A stretch of DNA of 64,000 nucleotides, from positions 1,504,001-1,568,000 of the forward strand of contig OZ251997.1 in NCBI GenBank assembly GCA_965247095.1, written 5' to 3'. Source of the stretch: Candidatus Multivorans sp. (lineage in GTDB: Bacteria; Acidobacteriota; Thermoanaerobaculia; Multivoradales; Multivoraceae). Of the stretch, positions 1-9,330 are shown one piece after another. The first letter of the stretch is position 1. Each line of letters begins with the position of its first letter. The translations under genes were made by a program, and so were the position numbers. The notes beneath the pieces were generated by a model. That model was not told the origin of the DNA. It ran no database searches and saw only the letters and a list, made by a program, of their open reading frames with translations.

Positions 1-201
1 GAAACCCGCGCGTTCCAACAGATGCGCCGCCTGCTCGTAGCCGAAGTCCTTCCCCGCCAACGGGGCCAGGTCGCCCACCCAGACGTGGGCGGCCGAGTCG
101 ACCGGCGCCCCGAGGGCCGGCACGGAAAGCACAACGGAAAGCGCAGCAGCCCCAGCAATCACCGCCGCAGCGCGGAGTCCTCGACGAGCGCGATGCTTCA
201 A
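1..201 (-). CDS. DUF1800-family protein, 5' part (runs off the window)
   Basis: Not in the ORF track. TTG start at 201 after a GGGGG SD-like run; reads MKHRARRGLRAAAVIAGAAALSVVLSVPALG...YEQAAHLLERAGF, i.e. a signal peptide plus the AAHLLxRAGF N-terminal motif of DUF1800. Confidence 0.7.
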   Translation of the reverse strand, partial: MKHRARRGLRAAAVIAGAAALSVVLSVPALGAPVDSAAHVWVGDLAPLAGKDFGYEQAAHLLERAGF

Positions 202-276
202 CCGGGTTTTCCCCCTTTGAGGTCAAGACAGGCCGCCGCCGATGATAGCGGCTGGGAACCCGGCCCGGGCGACGGC

Positions 277-1326
277 TCAGGAGTGCCCGAGCGCCAGCAG
301 GTTCTCCACCGGCTGGTACAGCTCCTCCATGTACTCGACATCGGCCGCGTCGAGCTCGATCTTCGTCGCCTCGACGAGCTGCTCGAGCTGCCCGACCTTC
401 GACACGCCCACGACCGGCGCGCAGACCTCGGGTTTGTTCACCAGCCAGGCAAGCGAAATCTGCGCCGGGGTGCGGCCGTACTTCTTCGCCACCTCGACCA
501 CGCGGTCGGCGATGTCGAACGTGGCGGCGCCGCGGTACAGGCCCTCCGTGCGCACCCGGTCGCCGCCCTTCGAGCGGTCGGTGCCGCCCTCATCGAAGCT
601 CCCCCTGTAGGAGCCGGTGAGGATGCCGCGCGCAAGCGGCGACCACGGGGTCAGCGCAACGCCTGTCCGGGCGCAGTAGGGGTTCATCTCCCGCTCTTCC
701 TCCCGGTACACCAGGTTGTAGTGGTTCTGCATCGAGACGAACTCGGTCCAGCCATTGTGCTGCGCCGTCATCTGCAGTTCGACGAACTGCCACGCGAACA
801 TGGACGACGCCCCCAGGTAGAGCGCCTTGCCGGCCTTGACCACGTCGTGCAAGGCCCCCATCGTCTCCTCGATCGGCGCCTTGACCTGACCTGGAATCCC
901 GTGCGGATGGCGGTGGATGATCAACTGGTCCACGTAGTCGAGGCCGAGACGCCTCAGGCAGCCGTCGACCCCTTCCATGATGTGCTTGCGCGACAGCCCG
1001 CCCTGGTTCGGCGATCTGCCCATCGGTATGGAGACCTTGGTCGAGATCACGTACTCGTCGCGTGGCAGCAGCTCCCGCAGCAACGACCCGACCACCCGCT
1101 CGCAGGCGCCGATGCCGTAGATGTCGGCGCAGTCGAAGTAGAACAGCCCGCGCTCGATCGCCGCCTGGAAGATCGGGCGCGAAGCGTCCAGGTCCAGGGT
1201 CCAGTCGCCCTGGTGGCCCCGGCCCGGCTCGCCGAAGTTCATCGTCCCCAGGCACAACTGCGAGACCCGAAGCCCGCACTTCCGTCCCAGTTGAACCGCC
1301 TTCAACACGTTCGCGCCTTCACCCAT
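277..1326 (-). CDS. Aldo/keto reductase
   Basis: GLRVSQLCLGTMNFG, FDCADIYG, STK, SMQNHYNLVYREEE and PWSPLARG motifs; GGAGG SD. Confidence 0.93.
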   Translation of the reverse strand: MGEGANVLKAVQLGRKCGLRVSQLCLGTMNFGEPGRGHQGDWTLDLDASRPIFQAAIERGLFYFDCADIYGIGACERVVGSLLRELLPRDEYVISTKVSIPMGRSPNQGGLSRKHIMEGVDGCLRRLGLDYVDQLIIHRHPHGIPGQVKAPIEETMGALHDVVKAGKALYLGASSMFAWQFVELQMTAQHNGWTEFVSMQNHYNLVYREEEREMNPYCARTGVALTPWSPLARGILTGSYRGSFDEGGTDRSKGGDRVRTEGLYRGAATFDIADRVVEVAKKYGRTPAQISLAWLVNKPEVCAPVVGVSKVGQLEQLVEATKIELDAADVEYMEELYQPVENLLALGHS

Positions 1327-1406
1327 GTGACCTGCCTCCGCGTTCCATGCGGCGTGAGTCCGCCGCCTTCGACCGGCCGACGATAGCCCACCGGGCCGCC
1401 GGCTAC

Positions 1407-1460
1407 ATGGTCACCCAGCAGCGCGCCTACACGTCGCCGATCTCGTACACGCCGGAGTAG
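1407..1460 (+). pseudogene. 3'-terminal remnant of a DUF3604-like gene
   Basis: Encodes TQQRAYTSPISYTPE*, matching the C-terminus IQERAWTSPIWYR of the intact DUF3604 gene at 22269-24278. Confidence 0.55.
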
Positions 1461-1505
1461 CCCCAGGAACGCGGGCTTCTGCCGGTCCGCCGTGGGGTGC
1501 CCGCA
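1461..1505. repeat. Degenerate REP-like palindrome
   Basis: ccaggaacgcgggc...gcccgca; same arms as the 32-bp family but with a longer loop. Confidence 0.5.
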
Positions 1506-1528
1506 ATTCTCTCGAACTCGGACGTGAA

Positions 1529-4500
1529 CTACTGGCCAGAGGAAGCAGAATCAGCCTTGCAGACGACCTCGAAGCCATAACTGGGACCCTGGCCCCCTGC
1601 GAACGCCGGAATCGCACCTTCCAGCCCACTGGTCACCGTCATCGCGACCTTCTGCGGTTGGCGCCGATCCCGGCTCTCGGCAGCGCAACGAACCGGGTCG
1701 TCTTCAATGGTGATATCCCAGTAGTAGACAAGGCCGATCTTGTCGAAGTCGTCGGGAGAGGCATATTCCCTCCCGGGACTGAGATGCACGCCCTCGGGCA
1801 GGGGCAGGTCCGTGCCGCGCTCACCGCCCAAGACATCTGCGGCCGCGATGATTGTGCCAATCCTGACGAAGTCCGCGTTGCCCCGCCGCTGCAGAGTAAC
1901 GCGAAGGGTCTTGCCTTGCTCTCGTTCGATCGGACCGCTGATCTCACCATGGAAGTCCACGATGCGACCAACCAGTATCCAATCACTGGCCGCACCGATA
2001 ATGCATGGCTCCTCTGCGGAGCCCTTACAACCAACCTGAGGTTCAGGGAGAATGTGAGACAGGATGCCCACCCGACCGCTCGCTTCGTGCTTGACGAAGC
2101 TCGCGGCGCCGCCTTTCATGGATGTGATCGTGACGCCGCCGGGATCAACCGGCTTAGTCTGTGCGTTGCCCAGCGCGGCTTTCGGTATGAGGAAAGAGAC
2201 CGCCGAGCTCTTCTCGTCGTTGATCCAGTACCAGCCGCCGTCCTTGAGGCCATGTATTTCGATCGCGCCGCCTTCGTTGCAGGCGAGGCCGTTCTCATGG
2301 TTGAACACCTGGCGAACGATGCCCCTGTGGTCCTTCTCGGCCTCGCGAGACATCGTCCGGTCGCCGCAGGTGACCAAGAACGCTACGACGCTCTCGTCCA
2401 CATCCTCGGTGGAGGCCAGGTCGGGCGCCGCTTGACCCACGAAGCCGCCCGAACCCTTGAAATAGAGGGCGACATGGCGTCCCGCGACTGGAGCGTCGAG
2501 CGTGACGTTGATCCCTGTGGCCCCGCTGACTTCGGGTGTGGGGTCGGAGCAACTGCTGCCCTTGCAGGCCTCGACCACGAACGTGTACGTGCTATCGGGG
2601 AGGAGGTCCCCAACGACCAGGGAGGTCGTGTTCGCGGGCACCGTCCGGATCCGCGCGAACCGGTTATTGTACGGCCCGCGGCTTGAGATCGCGAACTCGG
2701 TCTCATCGTTCGAGTTGTCCCGCCAACCGAGCCCCAGCTCGCTGTTGCTGATCCTGGTGACCGTCAGTTGGGAAGGCGCCGACGGACGACGGGCGGGCGG
2801 TCTTACGTAGACCACGAAGCCATCGTGGTCCGACGTGGCGAGCGACGTCGTCGCGTCGCTGCTATGCGCGCTTCGGGCCTCGGCGTTGCCGCGTCCGAAC
2901 TGCATCCCCACGACATACGGCCTGAGAGTGGCGTTCACGAGCGCATGATCCAGGACCTGGGCTTCGCAATCGCGCGGTCCGTCCCGTGCCGAGGAATCGC
3001 ACGGCCAGAGGTACGAGTACTGCTCCGAGGCGGGCAACAGGTTGATCGCGTTGAACAGGCTCGGATAGACCAGGTTCGGTCCCGACTCCACCGCCTGGCT
3101 CGCAATGGCGGTACCCGAGATCTGGCCGATCACATCGACGAAGCCGTCCGTGAACTGGTACGCGTTGAAATCGCCCACGATGATCAGCCTCGAATCCTGC
3201 AGCGACTGCGCCAACTCTGCAACGAACTGCGCCTGCGCCAAGCGCTTGACGCGCACCCGCAACTCGGTCGCCACGCCGATGAGCGAGCGGTTGTGGACCA
3301 CCATGACCGCGAGCGAGAAGCCATCCACGGTCGCGCGGAGCAGGAGCGGCGGCCGGTCGTTCAGAATGTCGTCAGCCGTGAGGTCATCGGGATTCTCGAA
3401 CGGTTCGTTCTTGCCGTACTGTATGACGCTTCCGACCTCGACCCTCGAACCCACCAGGAAGCCGACGTCAATTCTGTCGGGTATCGGCCCTTCCTCCAGA
3501 TAGGGGGTGTAGACGACGTTCGGATCGTCCGCCTTGATCTTGTCGGCGAGGGCCGTCAGGTCCGTGATCGATCCCACTTCCTGCACTCCAAGGATGTCTG
3601 GCGACCCCAGCACTTCGCGAATATAGAGCGACAACTTGGTAAGTTTGGTGGTCGCGCTGGGCGACAACAGGTTCAGCACGTTCAGCGAGCCGACCGTGAT
3701 CTCACCCGACCGCTTCGCCCGTACCGGGCGCGGCAGCGCGACCTCGGTGAGGACGGTCAACTCGGACGGCCAGAGTTCGTAGTTGCGGAACTCGTAGCCG
3801 AGCCCGCCGGTGGCGGTGAAGGTCGAACCCGGGATCAGGGATACGTTCGTCAGGCCCAGTTTGTCGGGGTCGAGTTCAAACACCTGGGGGTTGCCGTCGA
3901 ACACTGGAACGTTGGGGTAGGCGGCGAGGCCGGGATACACGAGGCCGGGCTCGCGGAAGGACCGCTCCGAGGTCGGGGTCACGAACATCTCGGCCATCGG
4001 GTCGCCGCCGAAGCGCTGACTCGGTCCGGCGATGGTGCCGACGGCTACTCGGATCAGCATGCCCTCATAGCACTCGTACTCGAGGGCGCAACTCGGAGAA
4101 TCCGGATCCGGCGATGGCCGTGTCGCATTGAACTCCACGGGATCCGGCACAGTGCCGGCGCCCACCATGGTGACCGTGCTCCCTGAGGCGAATCGAGTGA
4201 AGCCGAAGAACTCCTCCACCGTGCCCACTACGTCGACCAGATCGCCGACCGACACCGTCGGCGTACCGGCCGTCGCAACGAAAATGCCGTCCGATGTGTT
4301 GCGGTTGTTGTCGCTGCGAGCGGCTGGCGTCTGCATGAAGAAGCCGTCGGTCCCCACCGCGGTGACCACGTTGTTTTCGGTGGTTACCGAGGCGCCGACG
4401 TGCGGGCTTGCCGCGCCGTCGCCCTGGATCTGGAAGATCTCGCCCGTGAACGTGGAGGGCGGCGGGGGCGGCGGGGGCGGCGGGTCCATGCCACCGCAGT

Positions 4501-5089
4501 CGTTGGCGGCGCCGGGTGTTCCTTTGTCGCCAGCGCTGCCGGTCCATGCGTTTGCGGACTCGCACCAGTTGTCACCGTTACTGTTGTCGAGATCGGTCGC
4601 CTTGAGGGCCATCGAAGCGCCATTCGGATCCGGAAAGGAGCTGCCGTTGTCCCAGACCACGCGATCCTGCTCCACGTCGCTGGCGTTCGTCAGTATCAGC
4701 CCATCAGTGCCGTTTCCCAGACTGATTCTCATGCTGCCGCTGCTGGGGTACACATAGTCCACCGAAGGAAGGCCGCCGTTGTCCGCGGCCGTGGAACTCA
4801 AGGCGAAGAGCAGATAGCCATCGGCCTGAATAGTCAATGTTCCGCTGATGGTGAAGGTCTCAGCTCCCGTCGCGTCGTCCTTGAGCTTCCATCCGTCGAT
4901 ATCCACGGCCGAGGAACCCGCGTTGTAGAGCTCGAACCACTCACCGTTTGGCGTGTCAGCAACGGCGCCCGGGTTCTGCATGATCTCGTTGATCACGATC
5001 TGTCCAAAGCCGGCCGTCGGCCCGGCCAGCACAAACACGAAACCGACCGTCAGGCTGCGCGACGCACGCCAGAATCCAGAATTCCTCAT
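1529..5089 (-). CDS. Secreted nuclease, ExeM/NucH-like: lamin-tail domain + OB fold + endonuclease/exonuclease/phosphatase domain + Fn3 + unknown C-terminal domain
   Basis: Signal peptide from MRNSG; IVINEIMQNP..EWFELYN..GTPGAAN (LTD); poly-Pro linker; GFFMQ/SDGIFV; NVLNL, GVQEV, GDFNA, LDHAL, SDHD (EEP); PSAPSQLTV..W.DNSNDE..Y.F.V.A (Fn3). Confidence 0.88.
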   Translation of the reverse strand: MRNSGFWRASRSLTVGFVFVLAGPTAGFGQIVINEIMQNPGAVADTPNGEWFELYNAGSSAVDIDGWKLKDDATGAETFTISGTLTIQADGYLLFALSSTAADNGGLPSVDYVYPSSGSMRISLGNGTDGLILTNASDVEQDRVVWDNGSSFPDPNGASMALKATDLDNSNGDNWCESANAWTGSAGDKGTPGAANDCGGMDPPPPPPPPPSTFTGEIFQIQGDGAASPHVGASVTTENNVVTAVGTDGFFMQTPAARSDNNRNTSDGIFVATAGTPTVSVGDLVDVVGTVEEFFGFTRFASGSTVTMVGAGTVPDPVEFNATRPSPDPDSPSCALEYECYEGMLIRVAVGTIAGPSQRFGGDPMAEMFVTPTSERSFREPGLVYPGLAAYPNVPVFDGNPQVFELDPDKLGLTNVSLIPGSTFTATGGLGYEFRNYELWPSELTVLTEVALPRPVRAKRSGEITVGSLNVLNLLSPSATTKLTKLSLYIREVLGSPDILGVQEVGSITDLTALADKIKADDPNVVYTPYLEEGPIPDRIDVGFLVGSRVEVGSVIQYGKNEPFENPDDLTADDILNDRPPLLLRATVDGFSLAVMVVHNRSLIGVATELRVRVKRLAQAQFVAELAQSLQDSRLIIVGDFNAYQFTDGFVDVIGQISGTAIASQAVESGPNLVYPSLFNAINLLPASEQYSYLWPCDSSARDGPRDCEAQVLDHALVNATLRPYVVGMQFGRGNAEARSAHSSDATTSLATSDHDGFVVYVRPPARRPSAPSQLTVTRISNSELGLGWRDNSNDETEFAISSRGPYNNRFARIRTVPANTTSLVVGDLLPDSTYTFVVEACKGSSCSDPTPEVSGATGINVTLDAPVAGRHVALYFKGSGGFVGQAAPDLASTEDVDESVVAFLVTCGDRTMSREAEKDHRGIVRQVFNHENGLACNEGGAIEIHGLKDGGWYWINDEKSSAVSFLIPKAALGNAQTKPVDPGGVTITSMKGGAASFVKHEASGRVGILSHILPEPQVGCKGSAEEPCIIGAASDWILVGRIVDFHGEISGPIEREQGKTLRVTLQRRGNADFVRIGTIIAAADVLGGERGTDLPLPEGVHLSPGREYASPDDFDKIGLVYYWDITIEDDPVRCAAESRDRRQPQKVAMTVTSGLEGAIPAFAGGQGPSYGFEVVCKADSASSGQ

Positions 5090-5326
5090 TCTCTCCCCTC
5101 TCCGGTCGCCGCTCCGGCGGCCTACCGTGGGCCATCCGGGAACAAACGGCAACCGTTGTCCGTCAAGACGAACCTAAACCAAGTTGTAGCGGCCCCCGAT
5201 CCTCCCGAGAGAGGAAGAAGTCCCGATAAAGCCCGGAGCTGTCGACCTGAGTCGCTGATCTGCACCCGGCCTGCGCGCCGATAACCGGCGGCGCGACGAG
5301 GACTTCAGGGACCCGAACGAAGAACT

Positions 5327-6466
5327 TTACTGCATAGACTCAAGATCTCCTACCAGGCTGTGGAAAACCTCGCGGGCACGCGGGTGGTCGGGGTCGATCC
5401 CAAGCGCCTTCTCCAACTGCCGGAGGCCCTCGTCGGCCCTGCCGGTCTTGAAGTAGGCGATCGTCAGCTGGACGTAGGCGTCAGCCCGGTCGGGATCGAT
5501 CTCGACCGCTCTCTCCAGAACAGCGGCGGCCTCCCTGTTGCGGTTGTTGAGGCCATAGAGCACGCCGAGGTTGAGGTGCGCATCGTAAGAACCGGGCTCC
5601 AGACGCAGCACCTCGCGGTAGAGCTGCTCCGCGGCCCGGTAGTTCTTCTCCGCCAGAAGCTGGTTCGCGGTCCGGATCAGCGTCTGCGTGTCTCGAACCA
5701 TTGCGAACACCGCCTGCAGCATCGGATCGCCGAGGCTCGGGACCTGGGCCGTCTCCAGGTCCCGCAACAACTCGGCCGCGCGCCGGGCGTTCCCCAATTG
5801 GCGCTCGGTCATGGCCAGCAGATAGCGCGTCTCGCGATGTTCCGGATCGATAGCCAGAGCCGCGCGGAGGTGCTCGGCCGCTGCAGCGAACCGGCCACGC
5901 CGGCGCTCGATCTTGCCCAGGCCGAGTTCGCCCCAGGGCGCCCGCGGCGCCGACGACCGCGCGGCCCGGAACGCCTGCTCGGCCCCGTCGAGATCACCGG
6001 CCGCAAGCAGCGCGTTGCCGAGCCGTACCCGCGCCGCCCAGTATGACGGACGGAGTTCGAGAACGCGCTCGAAATGGCGCACGGCCTCGCCGTTGGCGCC
6101 GCGGCCGGCGGCGAGAAAGCCGAGGTAGTAAGGCCATTCCGCGGCCCCGGGATCGAGTTCCGCGGCCCGCTCGTAGCAGCCACGGGCCTGGTCGATGTAT
6201 CGGTGGGCTTGGTACAGGCGGCCCAAGGCTCCGATCGCCGCGCCGCTCGCAGGGTCGCGTTCCACGGCAGCCATGGCGTCCCGGACCCCGGTGACGAAAC
6301 CGGGGTCGAGTGCGGAGAGGTTGGGAATGCGGGGGGCTTCGGAGACTACGGAAGAGGCCGTAGGCTCACCCGGCGGCGGGCCGCTACAGCCGATCAGGAT
6401 CGCCGTCAATGCGATGAACACTGCAGTTGTCCACGCCTTGCCAAGGGCAAACCGATCACACCGCAT
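5327..6466 (-). CDS. Tetratricopeptide-repeat lipoprotein
   Basis: Lipobox LIGC; repeated TPR patterns (LGxxY..A..Y.RA.ELDP). Overlaps the upstream CRTAC1 gene. Confidence 0.88.
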   Translation of the reverse strand: MRCDRFALGKAWTTAVFIALTAILIGCSGPPPGEPTASSVVSEAPRIPNLSALDPGFVTGVRDAMAAVERDPASGAAIGALGRLYQAHRYIDQARGCYERAAELDPGAAEWPYYLGFLAAGRGANGEAVRHFERVLELRPSYWAARVRLGNALLAAGDLDGAEQAFRAARSSAPRAPWGELGLGKIERRRGRFAAAAEHLRAALAIDPEHRETRYLLAMTERQLGNARRAAELLRDLETAQVPSLGDPMLQAVFAMVRDTQTLIRTANQLLAEKNYRAAEQLYREVLRLEPGSYDAHLNLGVLYGLNNRNREAAAVLERAVEIDPDRADAYVQLTIAYFKTGRADEGLRQLEKALGIDPDHPRAREVFHSLVGDLESMQ

Positions 6467-8210
6467 CTCGGCACACTCCCTGCGCGGGCGCAGTTCCATC
6501 CGGCGCGAGCAGGCGCACGATCCGGTTCACTTCGACCGTCCTTCGCTTGCTGACCTTTCCGTTCGGCCAGCGCACCACCAGTTGATCGACCAGCGCCGCG
6601 TCGCCGATCCCGAAGTGAACCCGCGGATCGTTGGCGACCGCGAAGCTGTAGCCGGGCCGCACGTGCCGGGACCAACTGCGGCCGCCCGTCTCCACGGTCA
6701 CGCGAGCGCCGATCGCCGAGCGATCGAAGACACCGCCGCCGCAGAGGTCGACGACCAGCCACGAACGGCTGCTCCCCACCTCGTTGCGCAAGAGCCGGGC
6801 GGGCCCCCCGTTGTTAACCACCACGATGTCGAGATCGCCGTCGTTGTCGAGGTCGCCGAACGCCGCGCTGCGGCTTACCTCAAGGAGTTCCAGCGCGGCC
6901 CCGGCCCGATCCGACACGTCCTCGTACCGGCCGGAAGGCGTGCCCGCCAGCAACTGGTTCGGCTCGCGGTAGTCGAAGGCGGCGGTGTCGCCCGGCGTCA
7001 CCTTGCCGTTGGCGATGAAGAGGTCGAGCACGCCGTCCCCGTCGTAATCGAACCAGGACGTGCCGAAGCCGGTGTACGCCTGACTGACGCCGCCGAGCTG
7101 CTTTTCGTCCGTCACGTCCTGGAAGAAGCCGGCGCCGTCGTTGCGATAGAAGGTGTTCGTCTCGCCGCCCAGGTGGGTCAGGAACAGGTCGAGGTCGCCA
7201 TCGCCGTCGGGATCGGCCACGGCGATGCCCATGCCGGCCTCGGGCTGGCCGAGTTCATTGAGCGCCGCTCCGCGCGCCAGCGCATCCTCCCGGAACGTGC
7301 CGTCGCCCCGGTTGAGCCACAGGTGGTTCACCGCCTGGTCGTTCGCCACGTAGAGGTCGACGAGGCCGTCATCATCGAAGTCGGCGGCAACGACGCCGAG
7401 TCCCGGCCCGGTCACCGAACGGATGCCGGCGGCATCGCTCACGTCGGTGAACCGTCCGTTGCCGTCGTTCCGGTAGAGCGTGTCCGGCGCCGGCGGATAC
7501 TCGGCCGGATTGCAGTAGTTCCGCAGGCCGTTCGGCCCCAGGCAGGGCCGCTCCCGGTCGGCGCTCCAGACGACGTAGTTGACGACGAACAGGTCCAGGT
7601 CGAGATCACCGTCGTAGTCGAAGAAGACGGCGCTCGACGACCAGGAGGCGCCGCCGACGCCGGCGAGTTCCGTCACGTCCTCGAAGGCGCCGCCGCCGAG
7701 GTTGCGGTACAGACGGTTCGCGCCGACGTTCGTCACGTAGAGGTCGACCAGGCCGTCCCGATCGTAGTCTGCGGCCGTTGCGCCGGCGCCGTAGCCGGTG
7801 TCACCGACCCCGGCGGCGTCCGTCGTGTCCTCGAACGTGCCGTTGCCCAGGTTGCGGTAGAGGCGATTGCCCGGCGGGCTGCCGGATTTGGGCGAGACGC
7901 CCGCGTTCCCAGGCTGGGAACCCGGTACAGGGCCGCTCTGCACCAGGTAGACATCGAGGAAGCCGTCGTCGTCGTAGTCGAGAAGCGCCCCGCCGCCGAC
8001 GAGAAGCTCGGGGTAGCTGTACTGACCAACCGCGCCGTTCCGGTGGATGAAGGCCAACCCCGCCTCAGCCGCGCGCTCAACGAAGATCGGCGCCGCCGCC
8101 GCGAGTTCTGCCGGCACAGCAGGTTCGCCCACGGAGTCGCCGCCCGGACCGGCGCAGGCCCAGAGGGCCGTCGTCACCGCGACCGGAAGGAGAATCGGAG
8201 CACACCGCAT
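6456..8210 (-). CDS. CRTAC1-family FG-GAP/VCBS repeat protein with ASPIC/UnbV domain
   Basis: Repeated DYDxDGxxDLYV and NRLYRNLG.G.FEDVT motifs; C-terminal AIGARV..GYS..HFGIG..VRWPNG. Start placed at MRCAP (lipobox LWAC). Confidence 0.92.
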   Translation of the reverse strand: MRCAPILLPVAVTTALWACAGPGGDSVGEPAVPAELAAAAPIFVERAAEAGLAFIHRNGAVGQYSYPELLVGGGALLDYDDDGFLDVYLVQSGPVPGSQPGNAGVSPKSGSPPGNRLYRNLGNGTFEDTTDAAGVGDTGYGAGATAADYDRDGLVDLYVTNVGANRLYRNLGGGAFEDVTELAGVGGASWSSSAVFFDYDGDLDLDLFVVNYVVWSADRERPCLGPNGLRNYCNPAEYPPAPDTLYRNDGNGRFTDVSDAAGIRSVTGPGLGVVAADFDDDGLVDLYVANDQAVNHLWLNRGDGTFREDALARGAALNELGQPEAGMGIAVADPDGDGDLDLFLTHLGGETNTFYRNDGAGFFQDVTDEKQLGGVSQAYTGFGTSWFDYDGDGVLDLFIANGKVTPGDTAAFDYREPNQLLAGTPSGRYEDVSDRAGAALELLEVSRSAAFGDLDNDGDLDIVVVNNGGPARLLRNEVGSSRSWLVVDLCGGGVFDRSAIGARVTVETGGRSWSRHVRPGYSFAVANDPRVHFGIGDAALVDQLVVRWPNGKVSKRRTVEVNRIVRLLAPDGTAPAQGVCRDAV

Positions 8211-8285
8211 CGCCGCCGCAGACACTATCCGGGAGATGCCGAGGCGTCGGACTTTGGAATGGTCCCACGGCCAGCCGCTCCGCAG

Positions 8286-8321
8286 TTGACAGAAATCTGC
8301 CTCCAGTGATACGGATTTCTG
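8286..8321 (+). promoter_or_regulatory. -35 TTGACA plus inverted repeat (probable antitoxin operator)
   Basis: TTGACA 8286-8291; cagaaatc (8290-8297) / gatttctg (8314-8321) directly before the ATG at 8323. Confidence 0.6.
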
Positions 8322-8322
8322 C

Positions 8323-8562
8323 ATGAGGACCACCCTGAACTTCGATGACCGGCTGATCCGGTCCGCCAAGGCCCGCGCCGCCCAAGACGGCGAACCGCTG
8401 ACGCGCCTGATCGAACGGGCGCTGCGTCAGTACCTTGAGCCCCCGAAACAATCCGAAGTCCCTTTCAAACTCAAACTCCTGACCAAGAACACCCGAACGC
8501 TCCCGGGCGTCGACCTGTCCGACCGCAAGTCCCTATACGACATCATGGACGGGCTGGATTGA
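8323..8562 (+). CDS. vapB: VapB-family (RHH) antitoxin
   Basis: MRTTLNFDDRL..AK..AA..G..LT.LIE.ALR and C-terminal PGVDLSD motif; stop overlaps a PIN start. Confidence 0.85.
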   Translation: MRTTLNFDDRLIRSAKARAAQDGEPLTRLIERALRQYLEPPKQSEVPFKLKLLTKNTRTLPGVDLSDRKSLYDIMDGLD

Positions 8563-8699
8563 TCGCGGTCGACACGAACATCCTCGTCTTCGACGCACAG
8601 ATCGTCGCGCTCTGCCGCGAGCACGGCGTGTCCACCCTGGTAACGGAAGACCGCGACTTCGACCGCTTCAAGGGGCTGCGCACGGAGAGGCTTGAGTAA
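8559..8699 (+). pseudogene. vapC: VapC PIN toxin with large in-frame internal deletion (46 aa)
   Basis: TTG start overlaps the antitoxin stop; MIAVDTNILV is joined directly to FDAQIVALCREHGVSTLVTEDRDFDRF, so the PIN N- and C-termini are present without the middle. Confidence 0.85.
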
Positions 8700-8764
8700 A
8701 TGAGCCATCTGGCACACGGGCCGGCGTCAGGACTGGCTAGAATCTCCAACGGAGGACACCAAGA

Positions 8765-9253
8765 ATGTTCGGGACAGCCTTTCGTCGGCCGGTCGGCACT
8801 TTCGGCGCCGCAGCTTTCCTTCTGATCCTGGGCGCCGCCGCCCCAACAACTTCTCCAGCGGCAGCCGCCGAAACGGACCCGGTCTTCACCACGCGGGGCA
8901 ACCTCGCCATTCGCGGCTACGACGCGGTGGCGTACTTCACCGAAGAGAAACCGGTCAAGGGCAGTCGCGACTTCACCCTCGGGTGGCAAGGGGCCGACTG
9001 GCGCTTTGCCAGCGCCGAGAATCGCGATCTCTTCGCCGCGGAGCCTACGAAGTACGCGCCCCAGTACGGCGGCTACTGCGCCTGGGCTGTGAGCCGCAAC
9101 TACACCGCGCCCACCGACCCTGACGCGTTTACGCTCGTGAACGGAAAGCTCTACCTGAACTACAACGCGAAGGTCATGGAGCAATGGCTGGAGGACCGCG
9201 ACGGGAACATCGAGAGCGCCGACGAGAACTGGCCGTCGGTGCTGAAGGAGTAG
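8765..9253 (+). CDS. Exported YHS-domain protein
   Basis: AIRGYDAVAYF, WRFASAENRDLF, KYAPQYGGYCAWAV, GKLYLNYN, ADENWP; GGAGG SD. Confidence 0.9.
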   Translation: MFGTAFRRPVGTFGAAAFLLILGAAAPTTSPAAAAETDPVFTTRGNLAIRGYDAVAYFTEEKPVKGSRDFTLGWQGADWRFASAENRDLFAAEPTKYAPQYGGYCAWAVSRNYTAPTDPDAFTLVNGKLYLNYNAKVMEQWLEDRDGNIESADENWPSVLKE

Positions 9254-9330
9254 CCGTCTATCCCCTCCCCCACCTGCGGTAGAACTCGGCTGGTCGCAGG
9301 CTGCGACCTTTCGTGCGGCGGACCCGACGA

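Noticed and set aside
4457-4485. G-rich ggcggg tandem run
   Set aside because: Encodes the poly-proline linker of the nuclease on the minus strand.
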